A stretch of 64,000 nucleotides of DNA, taken from positions 32,001-96,000 of the IMG/VR virus record IMGVR_UViG_3300028025_006304; one strand, given 5' to 3'. Shown in pieces: positions 36,524 to 47,048 of the stretch. Every line of letters starts with the position of its first letter. Position 1 is the stretch's first letter. Source of the stretch: a virus. The notes under the pieces were generated by a model, which saw only the letters and a program-made list of their open reading frames with translations, did not search any database and was not told where the DNA came from. Made by a program: the position numbers and the translations under genes.

Positions 36524-39500
36524 TTATTGAGGAGATATTAATCCTCTTTCTTGTAAATTTTCTAATATTTGATCTATCTTACCTTCGATACGGCCTGTTA
36601 AATATTCTGGTTTTAAAAGTCCTTCACCAGAATCTCCTGCAGGTTTATCTACATCTAGGACGATAAAAGCTGGATCATCTACATATCTTCTGATTAGGAA
36701 GAAATCGGCATTACTACCTGTTGGTGATATAACCTTATCGAGGTATAAATATAATCTGTCATCAAGGGATGCTGAAACTATAGTATAAGCGTTTGGTTCA
36801 ATTGCCTCAAATCTTATCTCATCATAAGATTGAACTGTAAACGGATAACTAATAGCATTGAAACCACTATTTTCTATACCAGAGGCGTAGTAACCATATA
36901 AGTTAGTTAACTCAAGGGATGCTGTTAGTACTGTACTAGTAACTGATCCTGTTGTCCAATAAGCAGCTGAGGCTGTTGGTACAGAAAATCCACCTTGAAG
37001 TTGTTTATTAGTAAAATAAGTATTTGTAGCTAAAATGTTTATTGTAGCTGTATCAGGATTAGGATTAATGTTATATCCGGTTGATATTACTCTAACCTGA
37101 TCATTTAAATTAAAGTTTTGAAATGAAGTAGTTAAAGTTACAGTTTTGGTACCTCCTGAGGTAAATATAGCCCCACCTGTAGTTAGGTTGGTCCAAGTAG
37201 ATCCTCCATCTGTTGATTTTTGGATCGCAAAAGTTGTTTGGAGTCTTTGAGGAGACGATACATCAGGGTCAGGAACCCATGAAGGATTTACTCTTAAATT
37301 AGCTATAAATGAAACCTCAACATCTGTATTTTGTGTAAATGTATAAATAGATGTTCCGGTATTGTATGCATTTCGATAATCGAATGATTCAGTGGGGAAT
37401 GTTATTAAGGTATCAGATATAGAGGTATAAGTTTGAGTACTTGTTTTATAAGCATTAAATGCAAAATTTGTAACTCCTGTAGTACCTAACTGGATATTAA
37501 AGTTTAAAGAACTTGTATAACCATACCCGGTTACATTTCCATTCCCATCATAACTTTGGGTTTGACTGTAAAGAATAGGTTGAATGGTTTTTCCACTCTT
37601 AAATACATTATAAGTACCATTTAATATTGAAAGTTCAGTTCCAAATATATTAGTATTAGTTAAGGCTGATACTACGTCTGTTCCTTCAGTAAAGTTTTGG
37701 TTCATAATACCTAAATTAATTCCGGATGAATCATTTATAGGTCTTATAACATTTCCATTTTCATCTATTATATAACGTAGGTTATATGTTGTTTTATCCT
37801 CATAAATGTTACCCCATTCTGGTGCTGTTCCACCTGCCCAGTTAAAGTAAGCAAAGTATGTTCTGTTTAGATCCACAGATGGTAAACCAAGTTGTGTATT
37901 CCCTAAATCAACATTTTGGCTAATTTCTATACTATTGGCATTGCTTACAGATGCTATGTTAAAGTTATCTGTTGTGTTTTTACTACCTACATATCTTGGG
38001 TAGATATGTTTTCTCATAGTATAATTTGAATCTGGGATAGAGGCAGGAAAAGCTGTGTTAGTTATAATTTGGTTAAAATTAACAGGTACTAATTGGTTAG
38101 TAGTATAATCAACTTGTTGGATAAACTGACTTTGTCGATTTAATTCACTGTTATTAATTAAAGCATTATAATCTGAATTAGCAAATACTCTTGGTAAATA
38201 AGGCTCAACTGAGACCAGAACATCAGTAGATGAGGCCCCATTTGTAACTGTTCCTCCATCAGGAAGTAAAGTTAAAACAGCCACTTGCCCTTGATCTGCA
38301 ACATTAACCACTTTAAACGTTCTAGGACTTGTGGTGCCCGGAACTATTAAAGTAAATTCTGACATATTAATTATTTCAACTTTGGAATATACCGCATTTT
38401 GATCTGTATAATTAATTAAAGCATAAGTTGGACCAAATTGAGTACCTGCTGGTGTATCCAAAGGAGGTGGTGATCCTTCTTCATACCAAATATACATTTG
38501 ACCTGCAGGAGTAACATATAAAGTTAAGAAATCCCCAGATGAAACATTTCTTGAATCATATACTGTTATATCATAAAATAATGGTGTAATAGATGGATTT
38601 TTGTAAGGGTTAGCCTCGTTTAACTCACCATTTTCTACTGTTAGAGTAGAGCCTTTATACTCACCATTATAAAATTCTTCCTGAGATGAACGAGTAATAT
38701 AAGCTAAACCATATGGGTTAATTACTTCTTCAATCCAACTCTGGGTTAGGAAGAAATTATTAGATGAACCACTAGCTAAATAGTATGGGTTTGTATCTAA
38801 ACTATTTAATTTATTTACTGAACCCCCAGCTCCACCCTCTATAAAACCAGTATCAATTGAACCAGAATAATCATATCTAGCCCATTCTACCTCAGGTTGT
38901 GGGTATTTGTTTCTTTCAAGCAAGTGTTGTTTTACAACTACTCCTGAAGCTAAAGATGATCTAGCAGGGGTAAAGTCCTTAACCATTTTAAACAACGAAT
39001 TATCAAAAAACTTGATAAGACGAACATAATCGTTTAGATCATAGTTGTTAATATACTTTTGAAAATAAGCATTTCTTAAAGCATCCAAATCAGGATACGA
39101 TTCAGCCTCAGTAAAACGTTGTCTTGGATCACCAATATAGTCTCCCATGTTAAAGAAACCTAACTGAGCCATGATATCATCATTGATCTCGTTTTGAGGG
39201 GAGAATGCTACCTCAGTATATGCTAAGTTTTCTGTGTAAGTGCTACCACCTGGGGGTTGTTGTTGAATTGAGCGGTATTGAGATAAGGTACTACCTGAAG
39301 GTAGGTTCATATCTACAACTTGTATTTTATTTGATACAATATTTTTAATACCAGCTGCTGGTTGATCTAGGTAAACTGTTTCAGTGTTTGAAGTATAATC
39401 ACCCCCTGTAACTGTAAAATTGCTATTAGAAGCAAATGATGCAGTAGCAACCCAAGAGCCTGTTACTTTAGGATGAATTGAAATAGAACCTGTATATAGC

Positions 39501-41965
39501 TCACCTCCTAAAGATCCTCTAAATGCTAAAGCAGTTAAATTAGGATCCAATAAATCACTCTCGATTGAGTCAGGATTCATTGTATAGTCTCTAAATACTA
39601 AGTCAGTTATAACCTCAGTATAATATCTTATCTCTTGGTATAATCCTATAAATGGGCTATAAGTACCTATAGTATTTCTTGAGTCAGAGGGGAAGTATGA
39701 AGTAGTCCCACCTGTCCAGTTACTAACACTAGTATTTACAGAAGCTGAAGCTATAAATCCTATAGTAGAACCATCATCTCCATTATAAATGTTATTAGCA
39801 GCATATAAAGTAAAATTAGCAGGATCATCATCATGATTCACTGTTACTGCTACTGACCACCAATCCTCATTAAGGAATGGTAAATAAACACTTGCTGAAT
39901 CTGAACCTATTATAAGTTTTAAATTAGCATATTCGTTATAAGGATTAGCTATAGAACCACTATATGAACCTGAAGTATATCCTGAGCCTGTATATTCTAA
40001 AACAATTTTAGCAGGGGTACCATTATCTAAACTCCAAAGAGATTGACTAAGAGCATAGTTTAGGGTTGAAGTTAAACCTGGGCTCTTGAATCTGAATTCT
40101 AGAGATTTAGCAGGTGTTACTCCCCATTTACTGTTTAAAGCCCAATCTGTTTGAATCCAACCATTAGTTTTTGTATCAAACTTATAGTTGTATCTCTGCT
40201 TGTAATAATCCCAATCGTTTGACTCATCTTTATCTTTACCACCAAATTCTGCTACTCTTAAGATAGTAGAAGGAATACCATAGGTAGTGATAAGATCTTG
40301 TAAACCAACTGTTGTACCTTTTTTCTTTAAAAGAAGTGGTAAGTTGTGGTATAATCTTTTATATGTTCCTTTTTCAATGTCCTCTAAAGGAACTGCTTGG
40401 TTAGAAGCTGAGATTGAAGTATTAACATATTCATACCCACTAGGAGTAGGTAATGAATCTGTCATATAAGGGAACGGGAATAAATCACCTGAAGGGGTAA
40501 CACCTAGTAAAGCAGTATATAGATCAGCTGAGCCAAAACTACTCTCATATATTTTTAAACCTAAATCTCTTAAAACATCAGCTACAAGATCTTTAGAAAC
40601 ACCATATTGTAGACGATTATCAGCATTCCATTTTTCAGTTACATCTTGATAATAGATCCAAATGTTATCAAACATTTCACCTAACATCTCAATGAATAAT
40701 TCGTATTGGGCATTAGCTGAATCTTCTCTTAAGTAAGAAGGAATAGCATTGATTAAAGCGTTGTTATTATTTTCATCATACTCACCTGCTACAACTGATT
40801 GAATTTGAATAAAGGATATACCTGCTGCTGAGGTAGTAGTAGCATTATTATAGGGGTAAATTGAGTTAGTTTTAGGCCAAGCACCAGACCCTGAGTCATA
40901 GTATAAGAAATAATCATAACCATCAAATGTAGTAATGATTTCATCTATTTTACTTTGCCAAATATTTTTACTATTAACTGTATAAGACCCACCAGCATTA
41001 TTTGATAAACTAGCACTGTAAGTATATTCTTCAATAAGTTGAAGTTTATAATAAAAGTTCTCTAAGCGAGTTAATGCTGAAGAAAAATATATAAAATTAT
41101 TGTAATCAGAATAATTTACATTTATTTCAATACCACGTTCAGCTAAAATACTATTAATTTGGTATTGTAGATTGGTTGGACCTGTAGCGTAAGTGGTTGT
41201 AGTTAAATTAGTATAATTAGCATATTCTGTTGAATTATTTATTTGGTCTTTAACATTAAGGTTTAAGTTAGGACCTTTTAAATAAGTAAAATCACTTACA
41301 GGTTGAAATAGCTCAACAATATTGATGTTATAAGCAATAGGTTCTGCTACTTGGGTAACAATCCAACACTCATCCTTTAAAATAAAATTAATAGGAAGAG
41401 GTTCATAAAGCTTAATTAAAACAGTTGGGTCACTAGGGTTAGTATTATCTAGTAAAATATTATTAGCTATTACTAACTGATTTCCTCCAAAATTAAGATA
41501 AAAGTCAAAATAAGTAAGAGTACTAGTTTGTATTTTATTAATTAAAGAACTAACTCCATTTACTACATTACTATTAATAATCTGTGTAGTATTAAGTCTC
41601 AACTCAGTTCTATCTGAAGATATATCTTCAATATAGAATTGATTAAATATAGAGCTAGAAGCTTCATTATTTAGGAAAAGATATAAAGTATTATAGTTAC
41701 CTATATCATATCCTACTTTCTCTAAATCAGCTTGAGGATCAAGATAAACTTGTTGGTCAATAAAACTCCAACCACTAAATCCAGCTTCATTAGAATAAAT
41801 TATTTCATTATTTAAATTATAAATAAAATATGAAACATAATTTTGTAAGGGATCAAAAGTAGACTGTACTGTACTATTAGTTATAAGATTATCATCTTGA
41901 ATTGAGTAGTCCTGCAATTCAAAAAAGTTACTAGGGATATTATTTATAGTTACTGTATTAGCCAT
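36524..41965 (-). CDS. Large baseplate/tail structural protein (1813 aa)
   Basis: Long S/T/N-rich ORF between fibre and baseplate wedge genes; NLPLLLKKKGT..GL motif typical of wedge proteins. Confidence 0.65.
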   Translation of the reverse strand: MANTVTINNIPSNFFELQDYSIQDDNLITNSTVQSTFDPLQNYVSYFIYNLNNEIIYSNEAGFSGWSFIDQQVYLDPQADLEKVGYDIGNYNTLYLFLNNEASSSIFNQFYIEDISSDRTELRLNTTQIINSNVVNGVSSLINKIQTSTLTYFDFYLNFGGNQLVIANNILLDNTNPSDPTVLIKLYEPLPINFILKDECWIVTQVAEPIAYNINIVELFQPVSDFTYLKGPNLNLNVKDQINNSTEYANYTNLTTTTYATGPTNLQYQINSILAERGIEINVNYSDYNNFIYFSSALTRLENFYYKLQLIEEYTYSASLSNNAGGSYTVNSKNIWQSKIDEIITTFDGYDYFLYYDSGSGAWPKTNSIYPYNNATTTSAAGISFIQIQSVVAGEYDENNNNALINAIPSYLREDSANAQYELFIEMLGEMFDNIWIYYQDVTEKWNADNRLQYGVSKDLVADVLRDLGLKIYESSFGSADLYTALLGVTPSGDLFPFPYMTDSLPTPSGYEYVNTSISASNQAVPLEDIEKGTYKRLYHNLPLLLKKKGTTVGLQDLITTYGIPSTILRVAEFGGKDKDESNDWDYYKQRYNYKFDTKTNGWIQTDWALNSKWGVTPAKSLEFRFKSPGLTSTLNYALSQSLWSLDNGTPAKIVLEYTGSGYTSGSYSGSIANPYNEYANLKLIIGSDSASVYLPFLNEDWWSVAVTVNHDDDPANFTLYAANNIYNGDDGSTIGFIASASVNTSVSNWTGGTTSYFPSDSRNTIGTYSPFIGLYQEIRYYTEVITDLVFRDYTMNPDSIESDLLDPNLTALAFRGSLGGELYTGSISIHPKVTGSWVATASFASNSNFTVTGGDYTSNTETVYLDQPAAGIKNIVSNKIQVVDMNLPSGSTLSQYRSIQQQPPGGSTYTENLAYTEVAFSPQNEINDDIMAQLGFFNMGDYIGDPRQRFTEAESYPDLDALRNAYFQKYINNYDLNDYVRLIKFFDNSLFKMVKDFTPARSSLASGVVVKQHLLERNKYPQPEVEWARYDYSGSIDTGFIEGGAGGSVNKLNSLDTNPYYLASGSSNNFFLTQSWIEEVINPYGLAYITRSSQEEFYNGEYKGSTLTVENGELNEANPYKNPSITPLFYDITVYDSRNVSSGDFLTLYVTPAGQMYIWYEEGSPPPLDTPAGTQFGPTYALINYTDQNAVYSKVEIINMSEFTLIVPGTTSPRTFKVVNVADQGQVAVLTLLPDGGTVTNGASSTDVLVSVEPYLPRVFANSDYNALINNSELNRQSQFIQQVDYTTNQLVPVNFNQIITNTAFPASIPDSNYTMRKHIYPRYVGSKNTTDNFNIASVSNANSIEISQNVDLGNTQLGLPSVDLNRTYFAYFNWAGGTAPEWGNIYEDKTTYNLRYIIDENGNVIRPINDSSGINLGIMNQNFTEGTDVVSALTNTNIFGTELSILNGTYNVFKSGKTIQPILYSQTQSYDGNGNVTGYGYTSSLNFNIQLGTTGVTNFAFNAYKTSTQTYTSISDTLITFPTESFDYRNAYNTGTSIYTFTQNTDVEVSFIANLRVNPSWVPDPDVSSPQRLQTTFAIQKSTDGGSTWTNLTTGGAIFTSGGTKTVTLTTSFQNFNLNDQVRVISTGYNINPNPDTATINILATNTYFTNKQLQGGFSVPTASAAYWTTGSVTSTVLTASLELTNLYGYYASGIENSGFNAISYPFTVQSYDEIRFEAIEPNAYTIVSASLDDRLYLYLDKVISPTGSNADFFLIRRYVDDPAFIVLDVDKPAGDSGEGLLKPEYLTGRIEGKIDQILENLQERGLISPQ

Positions 41966-42314
41966 TAGTTGTAGTTTGAACTATAGTAAGCAATTGTTGT
42001 TGAAGTTCTAAATTTTCTTGTCTTAATTCTGTTACTTCATTAATTAAAGCCTGTATTTCATCATTTATAATATTTGAAGCGCCAATATATTCTTGACTAG
42101 TCTTAATAAGATACTCATGGGAATTTGTTTCTCCAAATTTAGGTATATCAAAAAATAACTGATTATAATAAGTAAAAAACTCATCTATTGAGGGGAGAAC
42201 TGAACCTGTATTAATTGAGGTAGGTTGGACAAGTTGGTTAAATGAAGTATCAATTACCTTTTGGTATTGATTTTTATCATAAACTTGTTTTTGTAAAGTT
42301 ACCTGTTGAGCCAT
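41958..42314 (-). CDS. Hypothetical virion protein
   Basis: 118 aa, C-terminal coiled coil, coupled to neighbours. Confidence 0.6.
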   Translation of the reverse strand: MAQQVTLQKQVYDKNQYQKVIDTSFNQLVQPTSINTGSVLPSIDEFFTYYNQLFFDIPKFGETNSHEYLIKTSQEYIGASNIINDEIQALINEVTELRQENLELQQQLLTIVQTTTNG

Positions 42315-43498
42315 TATCCATTAATAACTTTAAAGTTAAAATTACTGTCTATTACTTGAGTTGTTGCTCCAATAGTAGTTTGAATTAAAATTGTATAATA
42401 TCTCTCAGGTTGTAAACCATTCATATAAACTGTAAAGAAACTAGAGGTAGTATCAGCACTCAACTTAGTATAAGTTGAATCAAAATCTATAACATATTCG
42501 TTTGTATCTAAATCTTTAATAGCCCAAAAAGAAGCTGTAGGTAAGTAATAATTTTCGGTATAAATTGAAGCAGTTTGAAATATAATGGGTGGATATTGAG
42601 GACGACAATCTACTCTAAATTGTTGAACACTTGAAGAATAAAAGAATCCATTATTATTAGCTATAGAAAGATAAGCTTGTGATGTATTCAGCAATGGTAC
42701 AGCTGAGGAAGTGTTATAAGTAAAGTCATTCCACTTAAAATCTATACATGGGGGATAGATTGTATGAGTGTCCATTGAGTAATATTGTAGGACAGGTTGA
42801 ATGTTTAAATTCTGGTTAAACTCTACATAATAGTTACCTGTAACATCTTCATAAGATTGTGAACCTTCCCATTTAACTAAGAAACCTTGGTTCTCTATTT
42901 TAGTATAAGGACTAAATATATTTTTTGAAGATGAATACCATGCTTTAAGGGTGCCTGATACTTCTACCTTTAAATCTTTATCAGAATGGTAAGTAAAGGT
43001 TTGTGTTTGAGATATATCTAATCCGGGTAGACTTGAGCCTGTATACCAAGTACCCCCACCTGGGGTACTACCTGAGTATGAGGCTGTAACATATGGGTTA
43101 AAGTTACTTGTATCCCAAGCTTTTCCACCATCTACTGTTTGATAAACCCAACTTGCTCCATTGGTTACTACAGGTTGGTCTAGGTATTTTCCAGTACCCA
43201 TCCCCCAAGCTCCAGAGATTGGATAAACATATAAACGAGAGTCTAAGTTAATACCCTGGGCAGTAGCTATAAAACATCTTAAATCAGCACCCCATTGAGC
43301 CCCTCTTGCTAAATTATCAATAGCACCATTTAGTTGATCTTGACTAAACTTAATTAAATATCTAGCTACTTGGGCATTACTACTAATTGCAAAATTCAAA
43401 TTAGAAATATCTAATATCTCATCAATACCAGTATTCATCGTTGGAAACAACGAATATATAGTAGTGTCTTTTTCTGGGAAAATTTTATATACTGCCAT
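42314..43498 (-). CDS. Virion structural protein
   Basis: 394 aa, beta-rich, KIFPEKDTTIYS start, in baseplate operon. Confidence 0.6.
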   Translation of the reverse strand: MAVYKIFPEKDTTIYSLFPTMNTGIDEILDISNLNFAISSNAQVARYLIKFSQDQLNGAIDNLARGAQWGADLRCFIATAQGINLDSRLYVYPISGAWGMGTGKYLDQPVVTNGASWVYQTVDGGKAWDTSNFNPYVTASYSGSTPGGGTWYTGSSLPGLDISQTQTFTYHSDKDLKVEVSGTLKAWYSSSKNIFSPYTKIENQGFLVKWEGSQSYEDVTGNYYVEFNQNLNIQPVLQYYSMDTHTIYPPCIDFKWNDFTYNTSSAVPLLNTSQAYLSIANNNGFFYSSSVQQFRVDCRPQYPPIIFQTASIYTENYYLPTASFWAIKDLDTNEYVIDFDSTYTKLSADTTSSFFTVYMNGLQPERYYTILIQTTIGATTQVIDSNFNFKVING

Positions 43499-43502
43499 TG
43501 TC

Positions 43503-45368
43503 TTATAATGTTACTACTCTACCTTGAATGTCTGTGTTAGGATATTTTACTTCAAAAATCATAGGATCAATTGAAGGATAAACCACATTATTAATAGTTG
43601 CACCTGGAATATCATATGCAAATTCAGAATAACCTAAATCTATTCCTGCTTTATTTGATATAGTTATATTTTTAACAGTTTGAACACCCTCAATCTCATC
43701 TAAAATAACATATAAATCTCTTAAGATAATAGGCTCATTAATCTGCCAATTTTTAATAGCAAAAAAATCTTGCATTGCTAATATACACCTTGTAAGTACT
43801 TCATTTGAATTATAATTAGGAAGTACTATAATATCAAAATTAATTCCAATATTAATAATAAAGGCGTCTTTAATGCTAATTGAATCGTTTACCATTCTAT
43901 ATTGAGAAAGATAAGTAGATAAATTTTGCTTAAGAGCAAGAGAAGCAGTTCTTAATTTACTATTAATATCAAATGATAAAACATATAAATCAAGCACCGA
44001 AGCAGCCGCCCCTGAAGCTACTGATTGGGCTTTAGTAGGTTCAATGTAAGCTTTAGCTATAACACCAAATTTAGCTGTCATCGATAATGCTCTTACTAAA
44101 TAATCATCTTGGGTTACGTTACGTAATTGAGTTGCAAAATTAGCTGAAGCATTCTGTCTAATCTCCTCAGTTGTGTCTCCATCTCCACCCCCATCAGCAG
44201 CTGTTAAATTGTTAACAGCTAAGGTTCCAAATATATAATTAGCGGTATTAGCCGTTAAATTATTGTTTAAGAATTGGGGAGTACCGCTTGTAATTGACGT
44301 AATTGTATTAGCTGGTACATTGGCTGAAACTCCTCCTCCCGTTAAGTATCTAACGGTTAAAGTAGTATTTGAAGGAGCAATACCATAATTCCGGGTAAAA
44401 GTAAAATTAGAGGGAGAAAAAGCAGTTGTAAGCTTATCTATTTCAAAAGGTAAACCTAAACCAACGTTATCCGAGTTAGGTAAAATTTCCTCATCAGTAT
44501 CTGTATAAGTACCAGCACCAAATTGTAATTGAAGGAGGGTATTATTTAAGAAACGAGATGTAAATCTTCTTTGTACTGCTCTAAGTTGTAAAAGATATGG
44601 TGTATCACCTTGATATTGTGATAGATTAGGATCGTTTACATTAGTATTTTTAATAGAGTCAAATACTGTATCTTGAGCTAAATAATCTACCTCATACCAA
44701 GTATTACCATTAGAATCTACTATATCTAAAATACCTACAATATTTGGAGAAGATATTTCTACAGTTGAAAACTGTTGAGGAGTTCCAAATGAGAATGATG
44801 TAGTGTTAATAGTTGAAGAAATTGCCTTGCGAGTTTTCTTTATTAAATAATAATCTACTACAGCACCCCCACTTGAAACTTGATATACAGTTACTTCTGT
44901 AGGATCACCTGAAGATGAAACACTAAAATCAACTGGATCTTCTATAATGAAAGAAACATTATCAGGAGATGTAGAAGATACTACAGTGTTAGCTGGGATA
45001 AATAAAGCATATGAAAAATCAGGCTCATAACTTCCACCAGTAAATATAGCTGGGACTTGTTGATAAAAATCTACATCAACTGTAGCAACCTGCGTTACAT
45101 TTGGTTTGTAACCAAACATATAAGCTAGCTCATACAAATTATTAGTTTGACGGGCATATTGCAAGTATGTTTCTTGAATTTGATTGTCTAAATAGAAAGA
45201 CATAACATCACCTACATAAGATGCCATCTCCATAAACATCATACCGGGTGATGATGGAGAGAAGTCATTATAGGTTGTAGGAAAATAAGTACGAGCATAG
45301 TTAATTAAACTTGCTCTTAACTCGGTAAAATCCTTGTTTATATATTGTATGTTACGTCTTATGGCCAT
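43503..45368 (-). CDS. Baseplate wedge protein (T4 gp6/baseplate J-like)
   Basis: YINKDFTELRASLINYA, VMSFYLD, GGGDGDTTEEIRQNA...RNVTQDDY. Confidence 0.85.
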   Translation of the reverse strand: MAIRRNIQYINKDFTELRASLINYARTYFPTTYNDFSPSSPGMMFMEMASYVGDVMSFYLDNQIQETYLQYARQTNNLYELAYMFGYKPNVTQVATVDVDFYQQVPAIFTGGSYEPDFSYALFIPANTVVSSTSPDNVSFIIEDPVDFSVSSSGDPTEVTVYQVSSGGAVVDYYLIKKTRKAISSTINTTSFSFGTPQQFSTVEISSPNIVGILDIVDSNGNTWYEVDYLAQDTVFDSIKNTNVNDPNLSQYQGDTPYLLQLRAVQRRFTSRFLNNTLLQLQFGAGTYTDTDEEILPNSDNVGLGLPFEIDKLTTAFSPSNFTFTRNYGIAPSNTTLTVRYLTGGGVSANVPANTITSITSGTPQFLNNNLTANTANYIFGTLAVNNLTAADGGGDGDTTEEIRQNASANFATQLRNVTQDDYLVRALSMTAKFGVIAKAYIEPTKAQSVASGAAASVLDLYVLSFDINSKLRTASLALKQNLSTYLSQYRMVNDSISIKDAFIINIGINFDIIVLPNYNSNEVLTRCILAMQDFFAIKNWQINEPIILRDLYVILDEIEGVQTVKNITISNKAGIDLGYSEFAYDIPGATINNVVYPSIDPMIFEVKYPNTDIQGRVVTL

Positions 45369-45775
45369 TAGTTAAATGCTATTTGAATTTCATCTGATAT
45401 AGCGGTATCTATAACATTGTAAGTTAAGGATACTGTTATAGTGTTAGTATCTGGGTCTTGGAATATATCTAAACTAGCTACTATCACATTAGGGAAGAAA
45501 CGAGATAGTTGTGATTGAATATTTTCTTTAAGACCGTCTAAATTACCAGTAGTAATTTGTTCAAAAATAAAAGCTCTTAAACCTGAACCAAATGTAGGAT
45601 TAAGATATCTTTCGGGTGGGTTGGTTAAGAAAAAATTTATAAGATTATTTCTTATAGCATCTTTTGTAGTATATGTAGAATAAAAAACACCTGGAGCATT
45701 AAAAGGGATAGCGACACCAACAGCCGTTCCTGGCTTAGTATCGATTGGGAATATTTTTTGTGCTCCGAATGCCAT
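45368..45775 (-). CDS. gp25: Baseplate wedge subunit gp25-like
   Basis: AIRNNLINFFLTNPPERYLNPTFGSGL..IFE. Confidence 0.85.
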   Translation of the reverse strand: MAFGAQKIFPIDTKPGTAVGVAIPFNAPGVFYSTYTTKDAIRNNLINFFLTNPPERYLNPTFGSGLRAFIFEQITTGNLDGLKENIQSQLSRFFPNVIVASLDIFQDPDTNTITVSLTYNVIDTAISDEIQIAFN

Positions 45776-45776
45776 T

Positions 45777-46184
45777 TTATTTCTTGCCCATTAAGCCCAT
45801 AATCATATCTAAACCAACATTACCTGAAGGTAAAGCGGATCCTTCACCTGATGTGTTCATCCCAGGAGCTACTTGTAGAGTTGTTTGGTTTATACCTGCT
45901 CCTCTAGCATCGGATGAATTAAATGAGAGAGTATCTTGCCCTCTTCGCATATCTCCCATAATACTTTCCATCATAGCTCTTTTTTCAGTTGCTGATGTAG
46001 TACTTGGTTGAGCTGCTATTGGAGTGCTCGTAGTAGCTATCCCATATCCAATTCCTCCTACAGGAGCTTCCATTATTGGAGTCTTAGGAGCACGAACTGC
46101 TTCCAAAAGGATATCTTTTAATTCCTCTTGGATAGCTTCTCTAACTGCTTCTTTAATAAATGATTTTAATTCGCTCGGTTTCAT
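45777..46184 (-). CDS. Hypothetical protein with leader MKPSELKSFIKEAVREAIQEELKDILLE
   Basis: 135 aa; late motif 4 nt upstream. Confidence 0.65.
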   Translation of the reverse strand: MKPSELKSFIKEAVREAIQEELKDILLEAVRAPKTPIMEAPVGGIGYGIATTSTPIAAQPSTTSATEKRAMMESIMGDMRRGQDTLSFNSSDARGAGINQTTLQVAPGMNTSGEGSALPSGNVGLDMIMGLMGKK

Positions 46185-46202
46185 CTGTTATAAATATTGA
46201 AT

Positions 46203-47048
46203 TTAATAAGCTTTTAAATTGTCTCTGCTAATAATTAATTTAAGTTCATCAATTAATGTTTGATCGTTAGTTGTAAACGATAGGGGTGTCTCTATTAAAG
46301 GTATACCTGATTGGTTAAATGCAACTGCTTTTCTACGAGTAACAGTAGAGCTGAAAGGTACTTCCTCTATTTTGAATATAAAACCTTGATAAGTTGAATC
46401 ATTTACAGATTGTTGATTATCTGTTATTATCTTTTGAAGATTATCACTTACAGGGTTTAGGGTTTGGTTGGGTTGCAAACACAGTGAAAGTGCCGCGTCT
46501 AAAGAATTTAAAATAGTTACTACATTTTTTACAAAAGATGATACTATATTTAAAGCGATTGCTAAAGTATCTAGATCTTGTTTTCTTTTAACTAATTTAG
46601 ATTCACCTAAAGAATTAAAAGTTAACTTATCTGATAAATCTCCTAAATCACTTAACAAAGCAGGAATTGCTCCTGGAAGACCAAAAGGTATTGCTTTGGC
46701 GGCAGTTGAGGTTGCTATTCGGCTTAAATTAATCCCTCTAATAGTAGCTAAAAGAGTATTAAAGGTTACATTAACTCCAGCATATGTTTTAGTAGTAGTA
46801 TCTAAAAATAATCCAAACTTGTTTAAAAATCCTACTATATTATTTCGTTTATCTAAAATACTTTGTAGTAAAACAGGATCGGGGCAAGTACCGTCTGTAG
46901 GGATTTGTTTTAGTAAATTTTCTAAGGGTACTTTAATTAAATTCTCGTTATCTGATGTTTTTTTAATCAGAAGTAAAGACAATTTTACTAACGCTGATTT
47001 GGGATCAAAGATACCATTTTGTATAGAAGTTATATCAATCCCAGCCAT
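46203..47048 (-). CDS. Hypothetical baseplate-region protein
   Basis: 281-aa helical ORF coupled to the gp5-like gene. Confidence 0.6.
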   Translation of the reverse strand: MAGIDITSIQNGIFDPKSALVKLSLLLIKKTSDNENLIKVPLENLLKQIPTDGTCPDPVLLQSILDKRNNIVGFLNKFGLFLDTTTKTYAGVNVTFNTLLATIRGINLSRIATSTAAKAIPFGLPGAIPALLSDLGDLSDKLTFNSLGESKLVKRKQDLDTLAIALNIVSSFVKNVVTILNSLDAALSLCLQPNQTLNPVSDNLQKIITDNQQSVNDSTYQGFIFKIEEVPFSSTVTRRKAVAFNQSGIPLIETPLSFTTNDQTLIDELKLIISRDNLKAY

